A stretch of 64,000 nt of DNA, taken from assembly GCF_000315625.1 (NCBI RefSeq), contig NW_005434671.1, positions 638,188 through 702,187 of the forward strand. Direction: 5' to 3'. Positions 21,210 to 34,500 of the stretch are shown here, one piece after another (the stretch's first letter is position 1; each line of letters starts with the position of its first letter). This DNA comes from Guillardia theta CCMP2712 (taxonomy: Eukaryota; Protista; Cryptophyta). The notes below the pieces were generated by a model that made no database searches, was not told the DNA's origin, and saw only the letters and a program-made list of their open reading frames with translations. Position numbers and translations under genes: made by a program.

Positions 21210-22731
21210 TGTCCAATACTTATTCGAGAGAAGACTCCAGCAACTGTCGCACACAGTTAACATGTGTACAGCTTATCCTTGACACACGAAGAAAACTGGA
21301 AAGCGAATGCAACAAAGATACTTTCATTAGCATAAGAAGACAGAAAATCGTTTTTCAAAACAGGAGGATTTATGGTTTGAGAGGAAAGAATGCAGAAAAC
21401 CAAGAAAGTACAAACACAATTCATGAAACAAACGGAAAACACGAATTGCTGACCTGATAAATGGTTCGAAAAAAGCTTCAGAAGGGCAGAAGAGCAGTCC
21501 AGGCAAATGAGGGATAGAACAAGGAAGGCAGGAGGCGAATGCTTGTGAGCACGTGGGTTGAGGAGCGCGGAGGGTAAGAGCTGAGGGAAGCTGGTAGCAG
21601 CAAGAGCAGCAGATTGCTAGAGGAGGGTGAGGCAGCCGAAGATGCAGCAACGCCAGCGGGTAGGCTCCTCTTAAAAAGTTTTCTACGTTCTAAAACTTAA
21701 TATAGATGAAATTTATCTACCAAACATAACCCATCTGTGGTGGATGAATTATTCAATGAATAATCAAAATTCTATTGATATCCTTTGAATTAGGACTATC
21801 GTTCGAAAACCTAGTAATTTTCGTACGGTTATTACTTAATACCATCTTTTTCAACAACTTTAAAATACATATTGTTTTGCAACATTATTATATGATTTAG
21901 GCGATATTATAACAATATTTTAACTTTATAAGTTAGGCGACCCTAAAATTCAATCAGATTTCTGAGCCTTGGTTCAAATGGAACGCCAGGAATAGCTGGA
22001 AAAGAGGGGGGTAGGGGTGGTGTGAGAGCATTTGGTAGTTGTAAAGGTCAAGTCTTCGTAGGGGTGGTCAAGAGATCTCAAAGTTGGGGTGTTAGGTACA
22101 TGTAGTAAAACCTACGAGAGCACAGGCTCGCTCAATCCCCATTGAAGGTTTCATAGTCAATACGGGAGGAGCTGGGGGTAGGCGAAATGATGCCTGGAGG
22201 CAGAAGAGGTGCTACAGGTAGAGTGTAGGGGTTGGGTGAATTTTTACTTGGTGGATGCAACAGACCAGGTAACTTTCAGTATGCCAAAATACAGACCAAA
22301 GTTTCAAATAATCAAACGAAGGTTAGTAGAGTTTTCACAAATTACACCCCTGGCTGTCACTTGAAAAGAAGGGTCTCATGAGGGGTACTCACCCCCTATA
22401 TCATGTGCCTCGTTCATGGGTGGTGTCCGGATTAGGAGAACGATTTTCAGGCTTGCCTCAGATCAGAATTGTTCTGGTGTGCTTAATAAATTGCTTAATA
22501 ATTAAGCTTGTTTAATAAAATTAAGGTGTGTAAACTGACCCACTGCTTTGCAGATGACCCCCCACCCCACCTTTCCTGTTCAGTTTGGCTTCCTTTGCGG
22601 GGGTGGTCTTTGTACACGCTCCTTCTCGGATCTTTCGACAAAAGGGGTGGGTGGTACCCACCCCCACCTTCATTATGGTGTTTATTTGAGGGTAGTAGAG
22701 GTGGGTTAGGATTGTGAGGAACCCAGAGGCC

Positions 22732-23891
22732 ATGGCGATGCGAGCGGTAGGGTTGCTAATGGTGGCCATGACTTCAGTAGAGGCTTGGGCTCCTCTAGCA
22801 GCCTCACGCCATCCACATGCACCTATCGTGCATTCTAGACATTCCAATGTCTGTTCCTTGAGGGCAGTAGCAACCAAAGTGAAAACAGGCGGCAATGACG
22901 ACGACGAACATTCCATCGAGAGAGAATGGCCAGACAAGAACAAGAGGCTGAAAGACTATGTGAGTTCTGCTGTTTGATGTCGTCAAATTCTTTGCATCCA
23001 AGATACATTTGATGCAAAACTCATATCGGTTTCCAGGAACTTGCTCCAGGTGAAATCGCTGTGCGTTTTGTGAATGCTCCTGGACGATACCCTTCTGACG
23101 GAACCAACGACGTGTGAATTGTTGAAGAGATGCAGCGGCTTGCGATGCTCATGATTTCGGCAGGTGATTGCAGCAGCTAACCCAGGCGATGTCCTACTCG
23201 CAGTGGGTGACTCTGTAGGCATCAGCTTGCCCCGAGGATGCCAGACCGGGCTGTGCGGTAGCTGTACATGTGATATAGAGGATCCTTCTTTTCCTGGCTC
23301 CCGGTCTGTGGCTCGTGCATGTTGTACCAAGGTATTGAACTTGATGTACACCATTGGGGATGACTCAAGTTGCTGAAGGTCTCGCTTCCTGAGGGATGTG
23401 ACGTGAGTGCTTCTGTTTCGTTTTCAACCTCGACCTCTACTTTCCCCATCCCCCATCTATACCTTGTCAACCTCTTCTCTGATGCACCTCGGCCCTGCTT
23501 CGGCTCATCGCGTTTCCTGATGTCCATCTGTAGGAGTTGGTTGTCGATGTTTATCGACTGTTGAGTTCCTCCTCTAAACCCAAGAAGGTGATGATCGAAG
23601 AGCTTTGCTGGTAAGATGCTCAAGATTAATTTCATTTACAAGGACCCGATGGCCAGATTCAGCAGTCTGGACGATCCCAAGGTTGGTTTTAAGGCCAGAT
23701 GGAATTTGCCAAGAGATGGCCCTGAAGGGAAGGTATTCCATTCTCCCAAAACACCTCTGCTCTTTCCCGTTTCTCACTTTAAAAAAATGAAGGTGGATTG
23801 TCCTGCTTGTGGGGCAAAAGGAGTTTCCAGCAAAGGAATGATGCCCACGGAATGCACGGTTGGGAAAGGATGCCCGTTTAGTAAAGTGTGA
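22732..23891 (+). CDS. Plastid-targeted 2Fe-2S ferredoxin-domain protein (multi-exon)
   Basis: Signal peptide ending VEA-W, then a transit-like segment. Fer2 motif GCQTGLCGSC...RAC. The last exon has CPAC...C...C. Confidence 0.8.
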
Positions 23892-24143
23892 ATAAAGATT
23901 ATTGTTTTTCGGTTCTTGAAAATGTTGGTGCGTCATTGCGTGGATTGAGAGCATTTTCCCATGCAGACCAATGAAGAGGACAAGACCATTCTGCCTCGTG
24001 CTGCTGCCGGCAGCAGAATCAAATCATCATCCCCCCATCCGAGTTGGGGGATCTAACTAGCTATACTGAGGGACGACACAATCTTTTGTTCTTTACCCGG
24101 CCCGCCTCGTCCTGGTTGGGACGCATCATGCAAGGAGCATGAT

Positions 24144-26927
24144 ATGAGAGGTGAAGCAAGGAGCACGGATGACAAAAGAATGCGCATGGTCGGTTCCGAG
24201 ATGAACAGGAGTGCGAGCAGGAGGGCAGAGAAGGATAGCTTGTGCTGGTTTCATCCAACATCTTCCTTCCTCTCTTTGCGATTGATTGCTTTCATGATAC
24301 TTGTAGCTTCCAACTTTCTTGGTGCTTGCAACGACCTGACAAGCAGCTCCAATTATCATACTGCCAGGAGGCCCTGGTCTTCGAATCGGGGGCCGATCTC
24401 ATGTCTGTGCGCCATGAAAGTCAAGATGAGACTGAGAGGAGGAGGAGCCTCAAAGGAGAAAAAGATCCTCAACAAGAAGAGTCGCAAAAAGAAGAAAGAC
24501 ATTAACTCCAAGCCTGCGATCTCACAAGATAGCGAGATGTATCAATGGATGCACGACCAGAGCTTGTCCCAAGGGGATTCGGATAGTTTGGTGCCAAGAA
24601 ACGACCAGGACAAGACCAGACCCATTCCTGACCAATACGCTCTGGATGATGAGCCAGACATTGATGAGGAACGAGATCGTGAGATTGAATTGGAAGAGGA
24701 TGATGCGATAAGCCACGACCGAGGTACAGCATCAGCCTTTACTCCCAGCCTTGAGACCAACACGACATTTGAAGGCTTGTTTCAAGGGAGCCACACAGTT
24801 GAATTGCCAGGTCATGGCCATCTCACTTTAGAACAGTTCCGAGCCGAACGACTATCCATGGATGAGGACGGGAATCCCCTTCCTCCAAACGTGTTCCAGT
24901 GGCGAAATGTGCTCGTACGGATCGTTTGTGATGATAGCGGAAGGAAGAAAGCCATACAAGACTTCGACACAGGAAGACAACTTTACAGCTATTTGGAACC
25001 GAAGAGCGTGCACCTGAAGGGACATCAGAACGTTTTCCTCGATGATTTTCCAATCGAACGAATACCAACGAAAGAAAGGTTTGTTTACAAATGGCGAGAC
25101 AGAATTGTAAGTTTCCAGTGATCTCTCGATCATCATTGAGCTTTCAAAAGGTCCGGTTGGTTTTGAATGGTGAAATGAAAGAAAAGATTGTAGACGAGGA
25201 AGATGGGACTGAAGTATACACGTTTCAAGAGGTGACAGTACACACTAAGATCCAAGTGTGACACTTTTGAGGAAGAACGACCAAGGATGGGAAGATTTGG
25301 ACAGAGATGTACGGGATGAAGATTTCTTCACCTTTGACAGGTTGACATCTGATCTCGTTGTGGTCTCCTGGTGTCAGTCACTTGTGGCTCAGGCCAGCAG
25401 CGGAGGCGAGGTTATCAAGGCTCATCAAGGATCTGTCGCGAGACGGCATCGAGTTCGGGCCCCATCAGGTCTTCTGGCCCTTCATGACCTACGGACAACT
25501 CAGGTCATACCCCGAAAGCTCGATCGAGCTGATTCCTACCAGGCATGCTGGGACTGTGATCTGGCTCCATGACTTCGGCGGTGGTTGTGCCCAAGCGAAA
25601 TCGATTTACAGGAGGTGAGAGATGGTGCGATCGGTGCAGTTGAAGGGTGAGGACTTGAGCTGCAGGATTCAACGCGCATGGCTCAAGTACATCTTCCTCA
25701 CTGCGCCTAAACGGCCGACAAACGAAACGAACCTCACGTATCTGCCTGATGACCATCGTTTCCTTGCTTACCAGTGGACACAGATACGCAACAAGTTGGT
25801 TTTCAACGAAGAAAGAAGGAGGGAAACTTGTCGAAGATGTCAATGAATTCCAACGAAGTGTAGGTATACACCATGAAGGTGGAGACTTCCTTTGCATGAC
25901 CACCGAGCAGACTTTGTCTGCAAGATAATCGATGATGAGATTGAACGCGGAACAAATCCATCGCAAGTGAGGGTCGAAGGGCCCGGTGTTCCTCGTTCTT
26001 ATCTCGATTGCTGTCAGATTGTTCTCTGTGGCTTCGGACAAGGTTCAAGTGTGGCGATCGCTGTCTCGATGCGAAACTTCTTGAGCAAGGTGACTGCGAG
26101 GGCTGCATCCAAGTCTTGTGACGGATGCGCCGCAGCCGCAAGAGGACGAGAAGAAGGAGCAGGAGCAAGAGCAGGAGCAAGAGCAGGAGCAGGAGCAGGA
26201 GCAGGAAGAGGGCTCAGAGCTACAAGAAAACAAGAGGCTGAAGCAGCTCCAGGATGACCAGCAACTGCAGGTCTGCAGCCTTGGCGGATGTGCCGTACTG
26301 TCTGGCTGGTTCCCCGAGAGTCTGCGAGGCGTGAAGCCGGCGTGGTACGACAACCTGTTGCCAACCTTCTGGAAGGGGAAGGTGGTGGGGAAGAGACGCG
26401 GTGTTCAGATGTTCCTTGCCCATGGGCTCAATGACTCAGTGAGGAGCCCCTGCTAGGCGAACTTGGGACGTCAAACTGATGTGTGGGCAGGTGGTGGACT
26501 ACGAGCTGGGGAAGAGATGCTACAAGAGGGGGAAGAAAGCTGGCTTCTCCATGTCAAGGTTGTTCAAGTTCAACATGGGCCATGGGCTGTGCGACAACGA
26601 GCTGCTGGAGTTTAACTGCTGGCTGGACGACCAGGTGCTGCTTCCTCCTCGACTTCGCTACTGAATGGTTTGCAGCTGACAGATACCATCGTGTCGGTCG
26701 AAGATTTCTTCGGCGATGACCTGATAGACTTCGATGACGATGATGGTGATGAGGATCAACAAGAGGGACTAGACGACGAGATGCTGCAAGAGCTGAAAGA
26801 TCGTTTCTCAAGGAAAGAGGACGCGGCGGTTCCTCCAGACAAATTGTTTCTGCACGGAGACACTCACAATGGAGCCTCAGTGAGGGAGCTCAAGAAGAGA
26901 AAGTTACGAGAGAGGATCAGAAGATAA
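24144..26927 (+). CDS. Phospholipase/carboxylesterase (acyl-protein thioesterase-like) domain protein with long N-terminal extension (multi-exon)
   Basis: TVIWLHDFG, YIFLTAPKRP, IIDDEIERG, IVLCGFGQGSSVA, LGGCAVLSGW, FLAHGLNDSVV and MGHGLC match the abhydrolase_2 motif order. The start codon is uncertain. Confidence 0.75.
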
Positions 26928-26990
26928 GATAAGAAGATAAGATAAGAAGATAAGATAAGAAGATAAGATAAGAAGATAAGATAAGAAGAG
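26920..26990. repeat. (AAGAT/AAGAAGAT)n microsatellite
   Basis: Directly visible tandem units. Confidence 0.9.
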
Positions 26991-27043
26991 AGGCTTATAC
27001 ACAGGTAGCAGCACTTATCATACAGCAGTGGCTCTTCCAAGCA

Positions 27044-28107
27044 TCATCGTTTCCTCAGCTCTTTTCGGCTCACAGCCTTGAAGGCTGCTATCTTCTCAGT
27101 GACCTGTAAAGTGCTCAGGCAGCTCCCGTCTCCTCGTCCCTCTACCTTGTCTGCCTCGTTCAGACTATCCCGCAGAGCCTTCAGGCTGCTCGTGCCCGCA
27201 TGTCGTGCTGCTACCGAACTCTTCCTCCTGCTCTGCCTGGTGGCTGCTGCATGGGCAGCTGAGCCCGCCTGCCCTCCTTCAGGCCTGTGCATCTCCGCCT
27301 GCTCCTCGTCCGCATGCTGGCGATTCAGGCGCTTCCCCTTCGTAATGAGGAATTTGTGCGCAGCTTCTGTGGATCGCTCGCTTTCCGAGACGCTCTCCTC
27401 CTCCTTCAGCTCCTCCTCCCTCGGCAGGATCCTGTCCATGCATGAGAAGCTGCTCAATTCAACCTTCACCTCACCCCCCGCAGGAGGAGAGGCTTGAGAG
27501 GTCGGAAGTAGAGGTCGACCGACTGTCTTGTGTGAATTCAGCGCTATCAGAATGCAAGCTGTAGTCGTTGAGGATGAGCCAGTGCCTGCTCAGTCGCATC
27601 AGTCTCCTCGGTCCTGCCCTCTCCTTATCGACCCGTAAGCTACTCGAAGCACCGCGTTCCACCTCCATCGTTTGCAGATGCGATGAAACTGCAGGCAGAC
27701 AAGCGAGTGAGGAGACGGGCAGAAGCTCGCGGCAGGCGGGCAGAAGCTCGCGGCAGGAGTATCACCTTCTCGACGTCAAGCGTCTTGGTAATCATCTTGG
27801 GCTTCGACCTGTCGTGACTTCTCCGCAACTTGCAAACGCGTCAAGCGAGGGAGAGGAGGAGGAGGAAAACCTCGATGATGAAGACGCTCACGAGCACGTT
27901 GAGGAGGACAAAGGAAGTTACCATGGCGAAGGACATGAAGTACACCTGTCACTCCCTCACTACCTTCTCCTCCTTCTTCTTCCAACCTGTGACAACCAGA
28001 AGTTTCCGCATGTCGAGCGACAACTAGTAGCCTTCTCCTCATCTGCCAGCCTGCAGTCCAGAACTCCTGCCTGCTCCAGTCGGGTGACTCGCAAGGTCTC
28101 TGGTAAT

Positions 28108-28161
<54 letters not shown>

Positions 28162-28562
28162 CTTCCTCGCTGCCTCGCTCTGTCCATCCCTCTCCCCTCC
28201 CTCGCTCCCCTCTCCTTCCTCCTCCAACAATCGTCAGCTTGTCAGCGCGTGCGTTACCTCCTGCATTCTGTCGAGCTCGCTTGAGGTGAGGCAGCCGGGC
28301 ACGTGGGCCCGGGCCTCGAGGAGGAAGGCTCGCCTCAGCGAGCTCCTCGTCGCGTTGTTCCACATCCTCATAGCTTCGATGGCCTTGCTGACCGCCGTCT
28401 CCTCGTCCGGCAGCCTGACGCCAGGGCTGAGATCAAGCTTCTTGAGCAGCGGGCTCACTCCGTCAACTGCGAGGAGGGTGAGGAAGAGCGGAGGAGGAGA
28501 CGCAGGAGCAGGAGCAGGAGAAGCAGGAGCAGGAGAAGCAGGAACAGAAGCAGTAGAAGCAG

Positions 28563-28594
<32 letters not shown>

Positions 28595-31500
28595 GAGGCA
28601 GGAGCAGGAGCAGGAGCAGGAGCAGGGAGCAGGGAGCAGTAAAAGCAGTAGAAGCAGGAGCAGGGAGCGGGAGCAGTACAAGCAGGTAGCAAAAGAAGCA
28701 GGAGCAGGAGGAGCAGGAGCAGGAGCAGGAGCAGGGAGCAGAGCAGGAGCAGGAGCAGGGAGCAGGGAGCAGGGAGCAGGGAGCAGGGAGCAGGGAGCAG
28801 GGAGCAGGGAGCAGGGAGCAGGCACCAGTGGCAACTTTAAGCAGTGAGAGGAGAGCCCAGCCAACGTGGCGGAAGTGAGTGTGAGCGCCAAGTAGTTTGC
28901 TGGTGAGCGCTGAGCTGGGATCTTCGTCCTGAATCAGAAGACATCGAGACGCTCTCAACCCGGGAAGGAACTGATCGCCGTCAACGCACATGCCTGAAAA
29001 CATCTACCGAAGACATGAGAATTTGTCACTCCTCCGCTGTCCTCCTTCCTGTCTCTTCTCTTTCTGTCCTCTCGCTTGCTGTCCCTTCTACTCCCTCCCT
29101 TCTCGTCCTTTCCCGCTCCTTCCTTCTCTCTCTCCTTCCGCCTCCTTCTCGTGGGGTCGCACCTTGACTCCGATGACCCCGTACATGTAAAAAACGCAGC
29201 AGAGGAGCAGAATGAGGTGGAGGGCGATGGGAACAGCTTTCTGCAACGCGAGCAAGACGTCGCGGATGCTTCCGATGGACCTGACGATCTTGTGCGCCCC
29301 CAGGACCTTAAGGACGCGGAGGGTGCGGAACGCGCGGATCCAGCGAACAGATCTGATCCATCCTCCAAGAGCAGGCGAGTCGCTGCGAGCGAACGAAGCG
29401 AAGATGATAAGAAGATACTCAAGTTGAAGGGCAGAGAAGAGTGCGGGCAAGCGAGGAGGGGGGAGAAGAGAAGAGGGAGGAGAGGAAGAGAAGAGAGGAA
29501 GAGAAGAGAGGAAGAGAAGAGAGGAAGAGAAGAGAGGAAGAGAAGAGAGGAAGAGAAGAGAGGAAGAGAAGAGAGGAAGAGAAGAGAGGAAGAGAAGAGA
29601 GGAAGAGAAGAGCGAATTTAGAGCAACCTTATCAATCCGATGACGCCGACGAGGAAGACACTGTAATCGAAGCAGTTGAGGTATGACGAGAAGTAATGTC
29701 TCTGCCCAACCGCGAAGATGCGAAACAAGCACTCTGACGGCAAGTGAGTGAAGGAGAGAAACAGCGAGAGGAAGCGACCTGCGCCGAAGAGGAGGGTGAA
29801 GTAGACGTTGCTGACGGTTACGAGCCTCTCTTGGAGCACGCTCTGATGATAGCTTTGCAGGAGCATCGACAGCAGAGTGAAGGAGATGGCGCATGTCATC
29901 ACGTTCTGAACCAAGCTTCCATCCTACTCCCTGTCAGCCCTCCACGCCCACAGCTCCTCCTCCTCCTCCTCCTCCTCCTCCTCCTCCTCCTCCTCCTCCT
30001 CCTCCTCCTCCTCCTCCTCCCCGTCCTACCATGATCTTCCTGCAAAGAATCTTCCTCGGGTCCTTGATCTCTCGCACGTCCAAGATGGTAGGAAGCTGGC
30101 TCCTCGTCGGCTTGCTCGGAGCTGATCGGCTTCGCTCCGCCTGCCGGTGGATGGCTGGTCCCCGGTCAGTCTCAGGGAGAGGTCAGAGCGTCTCACCCTG
30201 GTAGGAGCTCACAAAGACCCCGATGAAGATGTTGAGGACAATGAGTGCGGCAGAGGCGGTGACGCCGAAGTAGAACAAGGCGATGGCAAGCTGGTGGTTC
30301 TGATACGGCTGCAGCAAGTCAAGGAGTATGAGGGAGGGGGAAGGAGGAGGAGGAGGAGGAGGAGGAGGAGGAGGAGGAGGAGGAGGAGGAGGAGGAGGAG
30401 GCGCGGGGGCACCCCAGTTTCGGTTGACGTCGCGTCCACTCCCTCCCACATAAAGCCGATCCAGTCGTTGGCCGCTGAGATCACCCAGACCTGTAGGAGG
30501 AGTGAGGGAAGGAGGAGAGGAGGAGGGGACCAAAGCCTACGGATTCTAAGGCAGAGCCAAACCAGTCGAAGGTCAGGGAAGAGCTGTACCACATCCGAGG
30601 CCTCGCATGCCCGTCGCTTCCAGTGCAGTTGCTCTTGGCGAAGATGACAGGGTCGGAGCATTGATTAAGCTTCCCTCCCAGCAACTGCATGCCGAGGATG
30701 GCGAAGCCGGTGAAGACGACGACGCTGAGGAGGACGGTGTTAAGGATGGGGCTGACGGAGTGCAGAAGGGATCGCAGAAGGAGCTCGAACGACTGCAGTC
30801 CCAGCTTTCCTCTCTTCCTCAAGAGCAGCAGGTCCAGGAGGAACCAGACTCGCAAGACTCGGACCACAGCAAGGGAGCTCGACCCGTCCGCTGGAGCTTC
30901 TCCCTTGCTGTAGAGGAAGGATACGATCTCGTCAAGCAGCGCCGCCATCAAACACGCTGCCTCCACCACCCACGAGACTCGCCGCACGCATCTCCTCGCC
31001 GTGAACCCCCAGACGTGAAGCAGAAAGTCGAAGAGGAAGAGCACCGTCGTCACAGCATACAAGAAGATCACCAGCGACCGCTCGGATTTTGAGATGCTGG
31101 GCCGCTCGAGCAGCGTGCAGGCACAAGAGAGCACGACGACGAGACTTTTGAGGACCAGGTAAGCCTGTGAGGACAGAGTCTGCTGTAGGTTGACTTGGAA
31201 CGCTGTGAACTTAATCTCTTCCTCCTCCCTGTCCCGACTGGAAGCTTTGGTTGGTGAAAGCGCAGAATCGAGCTGGGCTTCGGCCTCCTCGGAGCTTCCT
31301 ATCACTCTCCTCCTGATGCTCATCAGCACTCGCGCGAGGAGGCTGGGACGAGGACGAGGGACCCTCCCTCGATCCTCCTGCGTCTCCCGCTCCCTGCCGA
31401 TCTTTCCTGTTATGATCATCCCAAACCCAACGCTGACCAGCAGCCAGTTGCCGATGAAGATGAGCGAGTAGAAATACCAGCAGGAGTAGAATCCGACCTG

Positions 31501-34500
31501 ATCCACCGCGTTCCAGAAGATGCTGGGCCATCCTCGATTGAAGACGATTTGCAGGACGGAAGTGAAGGCAAAGAAGAACGTGTTGAAGTTTGACCGCGGG
31601 ACGGAGGAGGAGATGATCGCGTCCCCTTGTCCTGATTCAGACGCAATCGTCATCCACTCCTTGGGTCTCTCACGGTCAAAGTCTCTCGCCCAGTCGGTGA
31701 ACCCGGTCCTCACCCACACCAGGTACCTCCTCCTCCTCTCCGGCTGGATGTCCTCCACCAGCCCCGGCAGCCCTCGCGCTCCCAACTGCGTCTGCGCAAG
31801 GTGCACGTAAACGCTGGAGCCCAGCATGAGGTCGTAGGGCTTCACGGGCTGGTAGAGCTTTCCTCCGAAGAGACTCAAGCCCATGCTGCCCCTTCATCGT
31901 TAGCAATAGAAGGGAGGGAGGGAGGAGGAGGGGAGGGAGGAGGAGGAGGAGGGAGGAGGAGGAGGGAGGGAGGGGAGGGAGGGAGGGAGGAGGAGGAGGG
32001 AGGGAGGGAGGGAGGGAGGGAGGGGAGAGGAGGAGGAGGGAGGAGGAGGGAGGGAGGGAGGGAGGGGAGGGAGGGAGGGAGGGAGGGAGGGAGGGAGGGA
32101 GGGAGGGAGGGAGGGAGGGAGGGNNNNNNNNNNNNNNNNNNNNNNNNNNNNNNNNNNNNNNNNNNNNNNNNNNNNNNNNNNNNNNNNNNNNNNNNNNNNN
32201 NNNNNNNNNNNNNNNNNNNNNNNGACGGTGATATCGACAGCAGCGTTGTGGCGGTGATCAGCAGGAGGACGCACATGCGACATAGAGCATGTGAGGGACG
32301 ATGGGTCGTCCATACTTACGATCTGACAGATCTGCACTCATGAAGCAGGTGAGATATTGAGTGATGGAGCCAGCAACGGTGAGTGGCACTCAATCTTAGT
32401 ACTAGGAATGGAGCTGGCGCTAGAATTTGGCTTGTAACTCTAGTAGTAGGGCCCGGAGATCGACTTAAGGTCCAAAGTATTGGTCGAGGGATGTCCAGGC
32501 AGGGGAGAGTGTCACAGACCGAATCCAGCCTCCTTCAGGTGCACTCGTTGAGGGATCTCGCCACTGAACCTCAACACTCAGTCGCATCCAACACCACCAG
32601 CATGTCATGAGGGAGGGAGGGAGGGAGGGAGGGAGGGAGCATGCAGTCAACGATACCTGACGTAGACGAACAAGATCAGCGCCATCAGCGTGAGGACTCC
32701 GGTCACTTGCTTCAGCACCCCCAGGGAAGACTCCAGCTGGAGCGCCAGCTCGGGGAAGGTGCTGAGGATCTTGAGGAAACGGATGAGGCGGAGGAGGCGA
32801 AAGGAGCGGAAGACTCGGAGAATGCTTCCTCCCGAGCTGCACTGATCGTACGAGTCCAGCTGGTCTACGCACGTGAAGTCCTGGAGGTCAACCGGGAGGA
32901 GGAGGAAGCAGACGATGACGACGAGGAGGTCGAGGAGCCTCCAGCGGGTCTGCAAGTAGTACCAGGGGCCGTGAACGAGAACACGCACGATCATCTCCAG
33001 CAGGAACACAGCAGAGACCAAGAGGAACCCCCCAGCGAGGGAGACTTTGAACCTGAAGTAGTTTGCGTCTGATCCCCACAGTCTTCCTGGCGTCGACTCT
33101 CGCTCGTGCTGCAGCGCCAGCAGCAGGCCGTTGAAGAGCGTGGCGAAGGCGATGAGAGCCTCGAACCAGGCGGAGGAATCGATGGCGACGAGTCCCCTCC
33201 TGCTCATGGCGATCACCCGAAACTCCCGCAAGGTGGCAGCTATCTCAGCATCTCCCCACGCGTTCTCTTCCCAGTCCTTGTCGTAAAGCAGCTGCAGCAG
33301 GTCGCTCCTCATGCTCTCCGACACCTCCTTGAAGATCACCTTCCATACCTTCACGTGCGAATGCAGGGCGAACAGCCGAGAGTCTCTGCCCAGCCTCGGG
33401 TGCGTGGCCATGAGCAGGGTCACCTTCATCTCCAGGCTGAACGCATCCTCTGCCAACTTGAGCCGCAGCCGCCGCGCGTTTCTGCGCTTGAGGTAGGCAA
33501 GCTTGCTGGCTTGCGTGCCGTCGAAGCAGAAAGTGAAATTCCTCCAACCCTCGTAGGCGGTTCTCAACTCCCTCCTATGCCGCAGCCACGCGAGCCCGCC
33601 CAGGGAGCCATTCCGGGCCAGCCTCAGCATCTTGTAGTTCTCGAACCACAGCTCGAAGCAGCTCCGCTCTAGCTGGAAGGACCAAGAAAGAATCACGTCC
33701 CGCACCCTCCGCCTCCTCTTCTCGTTTTCGATCTCCCAGAGTTTGTACGCGACGACGGCGAGAAACAACTGCCAGAAGCTCAGGGACAGCAAGGAGAGGA
33801 AGCAGCAGCGTACTTTCAACACCATGAAGGGCCCGGTGATGAGGATGACAACGATCAGGATAATGGCGAGAGGAGAGTACGCGTCGATGATTTGATCGCA
33901 GATCGCTCCCCATCCGTCTAACATGAGGATCTGAAACAGAGTCATGAAGGACGCGACCTGCGCTGGCGTCACTCGGAGACACGGCAAGAGACAGGAGCTG
34001 GAGCGCACGTAGTTGTCAAACCCCAGGTAAGGGTTCTGATTGACTTGTGCGATGCAGGAGTACCCGGCCGGGCAGGCGAAGAGGCCCGGGGAGACAGACC
34101 CCTGACTCGACACTCAGCAGGAGCGCAAGAGAGCCTCTTCTCTCTCTTCCCTCTCACCTGCAGGGTGCAGGTCCTGTCGAAGCCGTAGAAGGGAAGGAGG
34201 TTGCCAAAGCGCTGGCCCGTCTCGACGCTGAAGCAGCGTCTCCTCATGATCCCCTGCCATAGTTGGATGCCGATGGCCCCGTAGAGGACGGAGAGGATGA
34301 AGAGCATGAGGAGGATGGTCTTGAGCAGCGGGATGGTCCTGACTATCAGCACCAGCAGCTCCTGCAGGTGATTGAACCGCGTGATCGTCCGCAACGGCCT
34401 GAGCACCCGCAACGATCGCAAGGCAGACACAGAGCTGGACGAGAGCCCAGGAAGGAAGTCGAGGATGCCCAGAGCGACGATGAGGAAATCCACCTTGTGC

